Source of the DNA: Gemmatimonadaceae bacterium
GTDB lineage: Bacteria > Gemmatimonadota > Gemmatimonadetes > Gemmatimonadales > Gemmatimonadaceae
DNA length: 64,000 nt
Assembly (NCBI GenBank): GCA_051859245.1
Contig: JBHYGA010000004.1
Location: forward strand, 1-64,000
Reading direction: 5' to 3'
Below the pieces are notes generated by a model, which was not told where the DNA came from, searched no databases, and worked only from the letters and a program-made list of their open reading frames with translations. Position numbers and translations under genes: made by a program. Positions 20,174-29,802 of the stretch are shown here, piece by piece. Every line of letters begins with the position of its first letter. The first letter of the stretch is position 1.

Positions 20174-20565
20174 GCGAGGCGCTCGACACATCGGTGGTCG
20201 TGCGACTGCTCACCAATCGACCCTCGGCGCAGGCTGACGCTGCGTTGCAATACGTGAATTCGCTGCAGTCGCCCGCCGCGGTATCCGATCTGGTCGTAGG
20301 CGAAGCCTACTACGCGCTGCGTCACCACTATGATGTGCCACACGCAGATGCTCTGGAGGCATTGCACACGCTGCTTCGTGACCCACGCATTTACGCGTCG
20401 GGTCTCGCGCCACAGGTTCTCGCGCAGATGCAGAATTCAACAAAGCCCGGACTGATTGATCGAATGATCTGCGCCGACTACGACCAGGACGGCTTCGCAA
20501 CCGTCACGTTTGATCGTGACCTGTCTCGATTGCCAACAGCGCGTTTACTCCCACACCACCGCTAA
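20170..20565 (+). CDS. vapC: PIN-domain toxin (VapC-like)
   Basis: LDTSVVV, VVGEAYY, LIDRMI and TFDRDL acidic PIN motifs. Confidence 0.85.
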   Translation: MSEALDTSVVVRLLTNRPSAQADAALQYVNSLQSPAAVSDLVVGEAYYALRHHYDVPHADALEALHTLLRDPRIYASGLAPQVLAQMQNSTKPGLIDRMICADYDQDGFATVTFDRDLSRLPTARLLPHHR

Positions 20566-21450
20566 CGACCCGTTGGCCTCGAGCACCGCGCGCCCCGCGT
20601 CAGACGAAACAAACGCCAGAAACTGATCCACCGCGGCGCTCGAACCGGCTCGCATCACCAAATACGACGACCGCACCAGCGTGTATTGTCCGTCACGCAC
20701 CGTGGCCGGTGACGGGCGCACTCCGTTGAGCGACAGCGCACGAATCGCGCCTGCACTTTGCGTCACCACCGTTGACGTGGTGATGCCAATCGCGCCTTCG
20801 GTCTCAGACAGCGCGCGCGCCATGTCAGCGGTTTCCTCCACAATCCGCGCTGACGCACTCACGACCAGCGTTTGTGCGCATGGCACACGATCGCGCAACA
20901 CTTCCGTATCCACTTCGTTTTCCGGTCGCATGACAACCGTGATCGGCAATTCACGCCCGTCGCCGAGTGCACGCCAGCTTGTCGTGCGCCCCGCGATCAC
21001 GTCGCAAAGCTGCGCTTCGCTTAAGTCGGTCAACGATACCGACTCGGCGTTCACACCAATCACCACCGGCGACTCCGCAAAGCGTACTACACGCATGCCC
21101 TCCACGCGCAGTGCCACCGTGTCCAGGCCGTGACTTGCCAGCGCAATGTCCATCACACCGGCGCGCAACGAATCCATGCGCGTGCGTGAACCGATGCCGT
21201 CGCCGAACTCCACGACGGCACCGGGCGTTGCGGCCATGTATGCGTCGCCGAGTGCGCGAGCAAGCGGCAGCACACCGTTGGAGCCGTTGATGCGCACTAC
21301 GGCGGACTCCGCCTTCGATGCACCGTTGCTGCATGACGTCAACAGCAGCATCGCGCACAGCGTGCCGGCGAGTGTGCGCATGCGAACAAATCGTGCTGGT
21401 GATGATGCATGCCGCTGAGCAGGCGTGATCGTCAGGAGTCGTTTGCTCAT
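20545..21450 (-). CDS. PstS-like periplasmic substrate-binding lipoprotein (orphan)
   Basis: Lipobox LLTSC; INGS, GIGS, DIALASH, W..LG, GAIG and GQY.L.R pattern. Confidence 0.8.
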   Translation of the reverse strand: MSKRLLTITPAQRHASSPARFVRMRTLAGTLCAMLLLTSCSNGASKAESAVVRINGSNGVLPLARALGDAYMAATPGAVVEFGDGIGSRTRMDSLRAGVMDIALASHGLDTVALRVEGMRVVRFAESPVVIGVNAESVSLTDLSEAQLCDVIAGRTTSWRALGDGRELPITVVMRPENEVDTEVLRDRVPCAQTLVVSASARIVEETADMARALSETEGAIGITTSTVVTQSAGAIRALSLNGVRPSPATVRDGQYTLVRSSYLVMRAGSSAAVDQFLAFVSSDAGRAVLEANGSLAVVWE

Positions 21451-22406
21451 TCGTCCACAAACTCTACAGTCGTCTGCCGCTTGCGATCAACAACCAGGCG
21501 CGTCACGTCCGGACGCGCGTAGTGCCCGGCCGGATCAAAGGTCTGTCGCTCACGACGCACCAATCCGTGATGCAACGTCACGGCGATCAAACACTCGGCG
21601 TCGGCCACGGGCTCCACCAGCCAGCCACCGTCTGGTGCGGCAATACACGAGCCACCATTCGCGAGCACTTCTTCGCTGCCTGAGCGAATCACATCGGCGT
21701 GTGGTACCAGATCGCTGATATCATCGCGTCGCATCAGCGCACTTGCCGACAACACATACGAACGACTCTCGCGCGCAATGAAACGCGTGATGTCTGTCGT
21801 GTTGCGCACATTGCCAGGCCACACCGCGACATGCAGATCTTCGCCCTGCGCGTAGAGCGCCGCTCGCGGCAGCGGCATCCAGTTTTCCCAGCAGTTAAGC
21901 GCACCAACGGTGAACGCACCGACCTGATTGGTCACCAAGCCGTGTCCGTCGCCCGTCGCCCAGGCGAGTCGCTCTTCATACGTGGGCATCAGCTTGCGGT
22001 GCACGGTGAGCACGCGTCCATTCTGGCCGAGCTGCACCACGCTGCAATACACACTGTGTCCGCCGCGATCGACCGCGCGTTCAATGCAGCCAACCACCAC
22101 GTGAATGCCAAAATCGGCCGCGGCCTCCTGCAGCCGATGCAATCCGCCGCCGGAAATGTCTACGGCCTGATCGAGATAGTGCGCGTGCAGCGACTTCTGC
22201 AGCGGTGATTCAAAGCGTGCGCCATCGGTGCGCTCAAGCCAGAACGGATAGCCCGGCACGAGCGCCTCACCAAACGCCACGAGCTCACAGCCGTCATTGG
22301 CGGCGCCTTCCACCCACTCGGCCACTTTGGAAATCGTGGCGTCCCGGTCAAGCCACACGGGCGCGATCTGCGCGATGGCCACACGAAGCGTATCGGAGTC
22401 TGACAT
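21447..22406 (-). CDS. Nitrilase / carbon-nitrogen hydrolase
   Basis: E-K-C triad: FGEALVPGYP, HRKLMPTYEER, LNCWENW; FDPAGHYARPD. Confidence 0.92.
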   Translation of the reverse strand: MSDSDTLRVAIAQIAPVWLDRDATISKVAEWVEGAANDGCELVAFGEALVPGYPFWLERTDGARFESPLQKSLHAHYLDQAVDISGGGLHRLQEAAADFGIHVVVGCIERAVDRGGHSVYCSVVQLGQNGRVLTVHRKLMPTYEERLAWATGDGHGLVTNQVGAFTVGALNCWENWMPLPRAALYAQGEDLHVAVWPGNVRNTTDITRFIARESRSYVLSASALMRRDDISDLVPHADVIRSGSEEVLANGGSCIAAPDGGWLVEPVADAECLIAVTLHHGLVRRERQTFDPAGHYARPDVTRLVVDRKRQTTVEFVDE

Positions 22407-22566
22407 GCGCGGAAACTCGTTGACGGGATACCCCGCGCGCCAGTGCCACCGCCGAGCCCGGTACGCGCGCGCCAAACGCTGCGTGTGGGCCACGCGTAGT
22501 CCAGGGAGTAGCGCGTACACAGCGCTTATCACACTATGAGAGCTTCACCCCTCGACCCACCAGCAC

Positions 22567-24186
22567 ATGCCGCTAACCGGAATGCGCGCGCGGCGGTACC
22601 TCGCGGCCGCCGCCCTGCTACTCGCCACGCCCGTCATCGCCTCTGCGCAAACATTTCCCACCGAAGACGCAGTGATCAAGCGCCTCTGGTCGCTTGGCAT
22701 GGACAGCTCGCGCGTGCAATCACTCGCGCAGGTGCTGCTCGATTCCGTTGGCCCGCGTTTGAGCGGTACGCCACTTCAGAAGAACGCTAATGACTGGGTG
22801 GTGCAGGAATACACCAAGTGGGGAATCACCGCACGCAACGAACAAGTCGGCACGTGGCGTGGCTGGCGTCGCGGTCATTCGCACATTGATCTGCGAACGC
22901 CACGCGTACGTTCACTTGAAGGCACTATGCTCGCGTACAGCCCGGGCACCGGAGGCAGAGCGATTGAAGCGCAGGCCATCGTGCTCCCGCGCTTTGCTGA
23001 TACCGCCGCATTTGTGCAATGGTTGCCACAGGCGCGTGGCAAGCTTGTGCTGCTTTCGGCACCAATGCCAACGTGTCGTCCGGTTGAAAATTGGACAGCC
23101 AACGCAGAGCCCGCGGTCAAAGCACGCATGGATTCACTGCGCAGCGCGATTCAGCGTGAATGGTCGGGACAGAATGTGCGAGGCACCGGTCACTCGCTTG
23201 CACTCGGCAGCGGTTCACTCGGTGTGCGTCTTGAAGAAGCGGGTGTGGCCGGTGTGATCACGTCCCGTCCGAAGGACGCCTGGGGCAGCATTGATGTCTT
23301 CGAGACGTACAACACGAAAGCACCGGCGATTGCACTCTCGTGTGAAGACTACGGATTGGTGTTTCGTCTTGCGGAGAACAATCAGAGCCCAACGCTGCGG
23401 CTTGACCTCGACGCCGAGCTGCTCGGCGAACGTCCGATCTTCAATACGATTGGCATGATTCGTGGCAGCGAGAAGCCCGATGAATACGTGGTGCTGTCGG
23501 CGCACTTTGATTCGTGGGACGGCGGCTCTGGCGCAACGGACAACGGCACCGGCACGCTCACCATGATGGAAGCGATGCGCATCTTGAAGCTCGCGTATCC
23601 GAATCCCAAGCGCACGATTCTTGTGGGACATTGGACCGCTGAAGAAAACGGACTCGTTGGTTCGCGTGCGTTCACTGAAGACAATCCGAAAATTCTCGAA
23701 GGCATTCAGGCGGTGTTCAATCAGGACAATGGCACCGGTCGCATTGTGCGCGTTGGCGGCGGTGGCATGGTGAACTCACCCAAGCACATCAATGCGTGGA
23801 TGGCCAAGATGCCCGCCGAGTTTACCAAGCAGATCAACTTTGGTGGTGCGGGCTCGCCGAGTGGTGGCGGCAGTGATGACGCGTCTTTCGCGTGTCACGG
23901 TGTGCCTGCGTTTGGTCTGGGCGCGCACGGCTGGAACTATGGGCAGTACACGTGGCACACCAACCGCGACACGTACGACAAGGTGGTGTTCGACGAACTC
24001 AAGGGCAACGCGACGATCGCGGCGATGCTTGCGTACCTCGCGAGTGAGGATCCCGAGAAGGTGTCGCGTGAGCGTGTGGATCTCGCCGCGCGGGCTCAGG
24101 CCGGAGGCGCTGGTGGCCCTCCGGGTGCGATGACGTGGCCCGCGTGTCAGGCGGCGCCGCGGAAGACGAATCCGCGGTTGAGGTAG
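22567..24186 (+). CDS. Secreted M28 family metallopeptidase (carboxypeptidase Q-like)
   Basis: SAHFDSWD, GATDNGTG, AEENGL, NQDNG and WHTNRDT motifs. Confidence 0.9.
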   Translation: MPLTGMRARRYLAAAALLLATPVIASAQTFPTEDAVIKRLWSLGMDSSRVQSLAQVLLDSVGPRLSGTPLQKNANDWVVQEYTKWGITARNEQVGTWRGWRRGHSHIDLRTPRVRSLEGTMLAYSPGTGGRAIEAQAIVLPRFADTAAFVQWLPQARGKLVLLSAPMPTCRPVENWTANAEPAVKARMDSLRSAIQREWSGQNVRGTGHSLALGSGSLGVRLEEAGVAGVITSRPKDAWGSIDVFETYNTKAPAIALSCEDYGLVFRLAENNQSPTLRLDLDAELLGERPIFNTIGMIRGSEKPDEYVVLSAHFDSWDGGSGATDNGTGTLTMMEAMRILKLAYPNPKRTILVGHWTAEENGLVGSRAFTEDNPKILEGIQAVFNQDNGTGRIVRVGGGGMVNSPKHINAWMAKMPAEFTKQINFGGAGSPSGGGSDDASFACHGVPAFGLGAHGWNYGQYTWHTNRDTYDKVVFDELKGNATIAAMLAYLASEDPEKVSRERVDLAARAQAGGAGGPPGAMTWPACQAAPRKTNPRLR

Positions 24187-24203
24187 CTGACAGGTTGTTT
24201 CGT

Positions 24204-24240
24204 GGGTAGAAATCCATACATTACAGGTATATTTCTACCC
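24204..24240. promoter_or_regulatory. Inverted repeat upstream of vapB (probable TA operator)
   Basis: GGGTAGAAAT-N17-ATTTCTACCC, a perfect 10-bp inverted repeat just upstream of the GAGGA SD. Confidence 0.7.
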
Positions 24241-24252
24241 ACGAGGACACTG

Positions 24253-24507
24253 GTGGCGATCAGCGTGAAGAGCTCTGAGGCGGAGCGGCTGGCCCGAGAA
24301 GTGGCCGAGGCCACGGGCGAGTCGCTCACCGAGGCCATTACGAGAGCGCTGGAAGAGCGGCTGCATCGACTGCGCTCCGCCAAGGCGTTCGTGGAGTACG
24401 AACGCGGCGTGGAGCGAATCCAGAAAAGCATTCGGGAGCGACCGGTTCTTGACTCCCGTAGTGCAGACGAGATCATCGGCTACGGGCCGGACGGCGCGCC
24501 GCGATGA
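24253..24507 (+). CDS. vapB: VapB antitoxin (Rv0623-like)
   Basis: GTG start after GAGGA; ISVKS.EAERLAREVA..TGESLTEAI..AL.ERL; C-terminal GY..DGAP. Confidence 0.88.
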   Translation: MAISVKSSEAERLAREVAEATGESLTEAITRALEERLHRLRSAKAFVEYERGVERIQKSIRERPVLDSRSADEIIGYGPDGAPR

Positions 24508-24548
24508 GTGACCGAAGCGCAGCGTATCGTTCGCCGCTGTTACGATGA
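24504..24548 (+). other. 14-codon mini-ORF (MSDRSAAYRSPLLR) bridging vapB and vapC
   Basis: Its ATG overlaps the vapB stop (ATGA) and its TGA overlaps the vapC ATG (ATGA). Confidence 0.5.
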
Positions 24549-24952
24549 TCGTCGACACATCCGCACTCATCGCGATCGCGCTTGGCGAACCTGCCGCGCC
24601 GCGGTTGCTCAAGCAGCTTCATGCGGCGGCGGTCAAACGCATCTCAACCGCCACAGTTCTGGAAGCATGTCTGGTACTGGTCGGCCGGCTTGGTGAAAGC
24701 GGCCGCAGCGAGCTGGATGCACTCGTGCGACAACTCGACCTGGAGATTGTGCCTGTTGATTTGCAGCAAGGCCGCATCGCGCAGGAAGCGGCAGTGCGAT
24801 TCGGGCGTGGTCGACATAACGCGTCGCTCAACTACGGCGACTGCTTCAGTTACGCGCTCGCGATTGCCGAGAATGATGAGCTGCTCTGTGTTGGCGACGA
24901 CTTTCCTCGCACTGATGTGCTTGTAGCCGCGTACGACGACGAGACGAAGTAG
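24545..24952 (+). CDS. vapC: VapC PIN-domain toxin
   Basis: MIVDTSALIAI..GEP, STATVLE, LNYGDCFSYALA and GDDF..TD. Confidence 0.93.
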   Translation: MIVDTSALIAIALGEPAAPRLLKQLHAAAVKRISTATVLEACLVLVGRLGESGRSELDALVRQLDLEIVPVDLQQGRIAQEAAVRFGRGRHNASLNYGDCFSYALAIAENDELLCVGDDFPRTDVLVAAYDDETK

Positions 24953-24970
24953 GTGAGTCTTCGTCCGTTC

Positions 24971-26203
24971 CTAGGGCACGCTCACCACATCCGCCTGCAT
25001 CAACATCCAGACACCATCACGATATTCGATTGCCATGTCGTACATCGTGCGCCTGGTTGTCACTGTGTTTCGTTGCTCCGCACGTTCGCTGACAATCATG
25101 CGAAACGCAAACACGTTGCTCGCGGGTGAACTGGGCTCTTCGAACTGCACGCTGGAGACACGCGCCGGAAGCGAACACTGCGATGCATTCGCTCCAACGC
25201 CGCACACGAGCGTCTGACGCGCGCTCTGAAAGCGCATGTCGGGATAGCGACGTTCGAATGCGTCAAGATTCGGCGCACGTTCGAGGCCGAGTGTGCTGAG
25301 CGCGGTGTCGAGCCCGGTGAGATCCATGGCGATGCGATAGCCCTCGGGTATGAATCGCGTTTCGCCTCTGGCGGGTGCGCGACGCAACACACGAACGATC
25401 GCGTCGTACAGCTCACTCGATGCGCGCGGCCCGCGCAGCGCCAACTGTTGCGCGATTGTCGGTGCCGGCTCTCCCTCGCGCGCGTTGCTCAGCCAATACA
25501 CCACCATGTCGCAAAAGCCGGCGCGGATGTAGACGCGAAACGGTTCCGGCACTTTTCGATACTCATCGTAGTACTCCACCCCGATCACGTCTTCGGGATA
25601 CCAATCCGTAATCGGCGTAAACGGTGGGCGCCCATTTACCAGCGTGACAAGGCAGCGGCTGGGTCGCACGCCTGGTAGCAGCGTGAATCCGGATGGAGTG
25701 CGTGACGGACTCAAACGAATGCCCGGAAATCCCTCGAACAGTCCGGCGAAATGTTTGGACTTCATGGCACGGAGTTGCTGCTCTCCGCGATAATAGCCAA
25801 CTCCGGCTTGCATTCGACAGCGAAATCCGTCGACTGTGTTCGGGTCGCACTGATTCTGCATTCCGTGCGCACGCACTTCAGCGAGCAGTGGTGCAATGCG
25901 TACCATGACAACATCCACGTCGACCCAGCCAGTGCTCGGAACTGAAACAACAGTGTCGACCACCGAATAGGAAATCAGTCGAGCCCGCAGTGTAGTTTGA
26001 CCCGCGGCCACGCGTGGCAATGCGTAACGTCCCGCAGAATCGGTGCGCGAAACTTGGGCGGTTTCGCCGGCGCGCACTTCGACGCCGGCAAGTGGGCGAC
26101 CGTCGTTGGTGCGCACCACGCCGCGAATGCCCTGCGCGTGCAGGGTGGTTCCCGCGAACAATATCGCGAGACTGAGGATGGTGGCCCGCCTAAAGTTGAC
26201 CAT
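24971..26203 (-). CDS. Secreted carboxypeptidase-regulatory-like domain protein with plug-like middle and an unrecognised C-terminal domain (paralog 1)
   Basis: IRGVVR..DGRPLAGVEV..TDSAGRY; C...VNG..DVIGVEYY..VP..C..VVYW. Confidence 0.78.
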   Translation of the reverse strand: MVNFRRATILSLAILFAGTTLHAQGIRGVVRTNDGRPLAGVEVRAGETAQVSRTDSAGRYALPRVAAGQTTLRARLISYSVVDTVVSVPSTGWVDVDVVMVRIAPLLAEVRAHGMQNQCDPNTVDGFRCRMQAGVGYYRGEQQLRAMKSKHFAGLFEGFPGIRLSPSRTPSGFTLLPGVRPSRCLVTLVNGRPPFTPITDWYPEDVIGVEYYDEYRKVPEPFRVYIRAGFCDMVVYWLSNAREGEPAPTIAQQLALRGPRASSELYDAIVRVLRRAPARGETRFIPEGYRIAMDLTGLDTALSTLGLERAPNLDAFERRYPDMRFQSARQTLVCGVGANASQCSLPARVSSVQFEEPSSPASNVFAFRMIVSERAEQRNTVTTRRTMYDMAIEYRDGVWMLMQADVVSVP

Positions 26204-26260
26204 TTCAGGAATGTGCGCTCAGCAACTCGATTTCGCTGCTTCGGCGAGTGGCGGCAAGTT

Positions 26261-27484
26261 TCATCGAGGCTTTACCTCACTTGATCGCGTTAGCACCCAC
26301 GCACCACGCTGTCGATCGAGCGTCACGTCGTAGCGAGTGTTCAGTGCGCTGGACTCGGCTCCGGAATCCGCGCGAACACTCACAATCATCTGAAATGAGA
26401 GCATCCCTGTTCCTTCCGATCGCGGCGCATCGAAGCGAACGGCCGTCGAGTTTGGTGGCAGCAAGCACTGAGCGTTCGCCTCTGCAGCGCACTGCGGAGC
26501 CCGATCGACTGATTCAAAGCGCATATCCGGATACCGCGTCTCAATCGCAGCGCGCGATGGTGAGCGTTCGAGTCCGAGTGTGCCGAGCGCGGTGTCGAGG
26601 CCCGTGAAGTCGACAGTGATGCGTTGACCTGCCGGCACAAAACGCGTCTCGCCTTTTGCTGGTGAGCGACGGAGCAACAGCACGATCGCGTCGTACACAT
26701 CGTTTGACGTTGGTACGGCCATCGCCGCGAGTTGTTCGGCAATCGAAGGCGGTCGGTCGCCGCGCCGCGCATTGTACAGCCAGTACACCGCGAGATCACA
26801 GATGCCGTCCATGTGCTGGCGAAACGCGAGCGGGATTTTTCGATAGTCGTCGTAGTACTCCACGGCCACCACGTCGTCTGGATGCCAATGATGCAGTGGC
26901 ACGAAGGGCGGCCGACCATTCACGAGCGTTGCCATACAACGGCTCGGGCGCACACCAGGAAACCACTGCATTCCCATCGGCGTCATTCCTGGCTGGGGCC
27001 GAATACCTGGAAAGTCGTGAAAGAGCGTGAGAAACTGTTGTGCGTTCAGCGCTTTGAGTTCGTTTGGTCCGCGATAGTAGCCCACACCTGCCTGCATGCG
27101 ACAGTCAAAACCGTCGAGCGTATTCGGATCGCACTGATTCTGCATGCCCTGCGCGCGCACTTCGGCGAGTAGCGGTGCCACGCGTTCCATCACCACGTTC
27201 ACATCGATCCAATCAGTGGTTGGCACAACCACAACAGTGTCCAGCGCCGTGTACGTGATGAGTCGCACGCGCAGCGTGGTGCGGCCCGCTTGCACGCGCG
27301 GCAACACGTATCGTCCGAGAGAATCCGTGCGCGCTCGCGCAGCCTCGCCAACGCTCAGCTCGGCGCCACTCAACGCGCGACCATTGACATCACGCACAAC
27401 GCCGCGAATGCCTTGCCCCTGAGCCGTCGCACTCGCGATTAGCAGCGCGGCGCCGAAGAGTAAGCGAAGTGTGCGTGCGGCCAT
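26261..27484 (-). CDS. Tandem paralog of 24971-26203
   Basis: Collinear; shares APLLAEVRA.GMQNQCDPNT.DGF.CRMQAGVGYYRG and TGLDTAL.TLGLER. Confidence 0.78.
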   Translation of the reverse strand: MAARTLRLLFGAALLIASATAQGQGIRGVVRDVNGRALSGAELSVGEAARARTDSLGRYVLPRVQAGRTTLRVRLITYTALDTVVVVPTTDWIDVNVVMERVAPLLAEVRAQGMQNQCDPNTLDGFDCRMQAGVGYYRGPNELKALNAQQFLTLFHDFPGIRPQPGMTPMGMQWFPGVRPSRCMATLVNGRPPFVPLHHWHPDDVVAVEYYDDYRKIPLAFRQHMDGICDLAVYWLYNARRGDRPPSIAEQLAAMAVPTSNDVYDAIVLLLRRSPAKGETRFVPAGQRITVDFTGLDTALGTLGLERSPSRAAIETRYPDMRFESVDRAPQCAAEANAQCLLPPNSTAVRFDAPRSEGTGMLSFQMIVSVRADSGAESSALNTRYDVTLDRQRGAWVLTRSSEVKPR

Positions 27485-27540
27485 GAGACGGCGGGAAAGA
27501 CGTACGCGGTGGGGGGCCGGCCCGTGACGCAGATTACAAA

Positions 27541-27606
27541 TCAGGCCGGCGCGTACGTCCCAAAACCCCAGACGTTACCTTCAGGGTCCAAACAACTGAA
27601 ATCTCG
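27541..27606 (-). pseudogene. 3'-end remnant of a VOC gene (copy of 28286-28351)
   Basis: Translates RDFSCLDPEGNVWGFGTYAPA* vs RDFGCLDPEGNFWGFGTYAPA* in the intact gene. Confidence 0.88.
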
Positions 27607-27719
27607 TCAGCTGGAGTCCGAGTCTCGCTCGGTTCTGTGTCCGCGTAATGTTGCATTCTGAAGCCGCGATGGCTTGCTCTAACTCACCTCGACGATATCG
27701 CGTAGCCAACGGATAGAAG

Positions 27720-28259
27720 ATGCGACACGCAGGGTTTTTCGCGGGCGTACTCGCCCTGCTCGCAGCAGTGGGAATTCCGTCTGAGGGCGCGGCGCAGAAG
27801 CGAAGCACCCCGGATTTCCTTGACGCGATGCTCCGTGATTTACAGGAGTTTCGAACCGAGCGGGGGACGCCGCTCACACGGCCCGGCGTGACGATTTCCG
27901 TCGACTTGACAGGACTCGACACCGCGCTGGTCACACTCGGCGTCAGTCGGGTCATGGAACGTGACGAACTGCAGCGCCGAAACGCCGCGCTCAGGTTCGC
28001 GCGCTACAACGAAGTAGCGTCATGCCGCGCGAACTCTGGCGGGGAACGATGCGTGCTGCCTGCGGGCGTAGTGAGTGTTCGATTCTTTTCACCTCGAGCG
28101 GTCGGCAGCGACGCAGTCTCGTTTTCGTTGGGCACCTACGAGCGCCGGCCGGGTGACGGCGCTGATGCTGGCACGGGTGGCGTAGTGTACGACGTAGTAG
28201 CGCGCCGCGACGCATCGGGGTGGAAACTGGTCAGCGCAAAACCCAAATACATTTCCTGA
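27720..28259 (+). CDS. Secreted hypothetical protein: stand-alone form of the C-terminal domain of the two neighbouring paralogs
   Basis: Signal peptide; ISVDLTGLDTALVTLG, RF...C......C.LP and YDV...R..GW.L. Confidence 0.75.
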   Translation: MRHAGFFAGVLALLAAVGIPSEGAAQKRSTPDFLDAMLRDLQEFRTERGTPLTRPGVTISVDLTGLDTALVTLGVSRVMERDELQRRNAALRFARYNEVASCRANSGGERCVLPAGVVSVRFFSPRAVGSDAVSFSLGTYERRPGDGADAGTGGVVYDVVARRDASGWKLVSAKPKYIS

Positions 28260-28285
28260 CCAAGTGTCGCGGCGCACGCCACGCA

Positions 28286-28693
28286 CTATGCCGGCGCGTA
28301 CGTCCCAAAACCCCAGAAGTTGCCTTCAGGGTCCAAGCAGCCGAAATCGCGTGAGCCGTAGTCGGTGTCGCGCAGGGTGATGCTGATGCGCGCACCCGCC
28401 GCGACCACGCGTTCGTAGAGTTCGTTCACCTGCTCAGCCGTCTCGACCACGATGTACACGCACCCTTCGCCGGCGCGGTGCGGTGGCATGTCGCTGTTCT
28501 TGAGCGAGCCCATCATCACACACGCGGTACCGAACCAGACCTCGGCGTGCGCGACAGTGTTGTCGGGGCCGTCGTGGATCTGTCGGGCGTCGGCGTCGAA
28601 CGTGCTGACGAGCCACTTGATGGCGTCGTGCGCGTTGGCGTAGGACAGACACGGAATGGCGTGCGTATAGCGAGCGGGGCTGTAGGCGGGCAT
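28286..28693 (-). CDS. VOC (glyoxalase/bleomycin-resistance) family protein
   Basis: PCLSY.NA..AI.WL..F, VAHAE and DTDYGSRDF..LDPEGN.W.FGTY. Confidence 0.9.
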   Translation of the reverse strand: MPAYSPARYTHAIPCLSYANAHDAIKWLVSTFDADARQIHDGPDNTVAHAEVWFGTACVMMGSLKNSDMPPHRAGEGCVYIVVETAEQVNELYERVVAAGARISITLRDTDYGSRDFGCLDPEGNFWGFGTYAPA

Positions 28694-28802
28694 GTCGAAC
28701 TCCGATCGAGAGAATGGGTCAGGTGGAGCAGCTCCCCTACGCTAACGTTCGCGCGATGGCGCGTCTTGGAAAAAAGTTCACGTGTCGTGCGCGCGGTCGC
28801 AC

Positions 28803-29651
28803 TTACGCGGATTCCTGCACACTGGGTGAGTTGGGATAACGCTGCGCCGACACAAAGCCGGCGGGTGTGAGTCCCGCAAACTCGTTGAAATCCGCGTGCA
28901 TGTGCGACTGATCGAAATAACCTGCGGTGAACGCAGCATCACTCAAACGCTCGCCGTGCTGCAAGGCGTTGAGTGCACGACGAAATCGCAGAATGCGCGC
29001 GAACTGTTTTGGTGTGTATCCGGTCTGCTCACGAAAGAGGGCCACGAATCGCGCGCGCGACAAACCAGCCGCGTCTTGCAGCGTGCTGATGCGCGTTTGA
29101 CCGTGTTGTGCAGCGAGTGTGCGCGCTGCGTGTGCAATGCCGGCGTGTGCACATGCGTTGCGCGCGAGCTGTTGCTCAATCCACGCCACTACGATCGCAA
29201 ACCGATCGGCCACGGTGTGTGCGTCGTGACAACGCGACGCCAGCTGCGACGACGCGTGGTCTGTTACATCGCGCAGATCAATGGTGCAATCGGTTGTCTC
29301 GGTGAGCGGCGTACCGAGTACACGATACGCACCAATCGGCGTGAGACGAATGCCGAGTACGCAGCAGTGCGCGTTCGGCGATTCAATGACGACGGGCCGT
29401 GTTTGCGAACCCGTGAGGCACGCAACAGGAAAGAGTGCGCCAGACGTTCCATCCGCCTGCACATCTCGAAACTGCGGGCCGAGATGCAGAATTATTTCGA
29501 GATAGCCACCCGGAAACGTGCGCTCGCGCGGCAGCGCCATGCGTCCGTCAAAGTGCCACAAGTGGTCGAGCACATCGCGCAGCGCCGGCACGCGTTGCTC
29601 GTGGTGCGTCCACTGGCCGAGTGGGGAGTTGATGGAGATCGCGTCAGGCAT
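28803..29651 (-). CDS. AraC family transcriptional regulator
   Basis: N-terminal ligand domain; C-terminal F.EQTG.TPK.F.RI.RF and A..AGYFDQSH...DF..FAG.TP. Confidence 0.92.
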   Translation of the reverse strand: MPDAISINSPLGQWTHHEQRVPALRDVLDHLWHFDGRMALPRERTFPGGYLEIILHLGPQFRDVQADGTSGALFPVACLTGSQTRPVVIESPNAHCCVLGIRLTPIGAYRVLGTPLTETTDCTIDLRDVTDHASSQLASRCHDAHTVADRFAIVVAWIEQQLARNACAHAGIAHAARTLAAQHGQTRISTLQDAAGLSRARFVALFREQTGYTPKQFARILRFRRALNALQHGERLSDAAFTAGYFDQSHMHADFNEFAGLTPAGFVSAQRYPNSPSVQESA

Positions 29652-29660
29652 GTGCGCGTT
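29078..29660. repeat. Long direct repeat, copy 1 (copy 2 at 34799-35366)
   Basis: Collinear near-identical DNA, 583 vs 568 nt; copy 2 has a 15-nt deletion. Confidence 0.95.
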
Positions 29661-29714
29661 GCTCCACCGACTCCGCGCCTGGCAATCCGTGCGTGTCCAT
29701 GGGGTAAATCTACC
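29660..29714 (-). pseudogene. 5'-end remnant of the small gene at 35902-36174
   Basis: 47/55 nt identical to 36134-36188; MDTHGLPGAESVEQ vs MDTHGLPGAELVEQ. Confidence 0.85.
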
Positions 29715-29802
29715 ATCTCGCTGTCGGGCGCAGCCGGCGCGCTGGCCAGCCCCCTTCGCGCAAAGGCCACGCCAAAGGTACAGCGTTGGCGAGCACCCAG
29801 TC

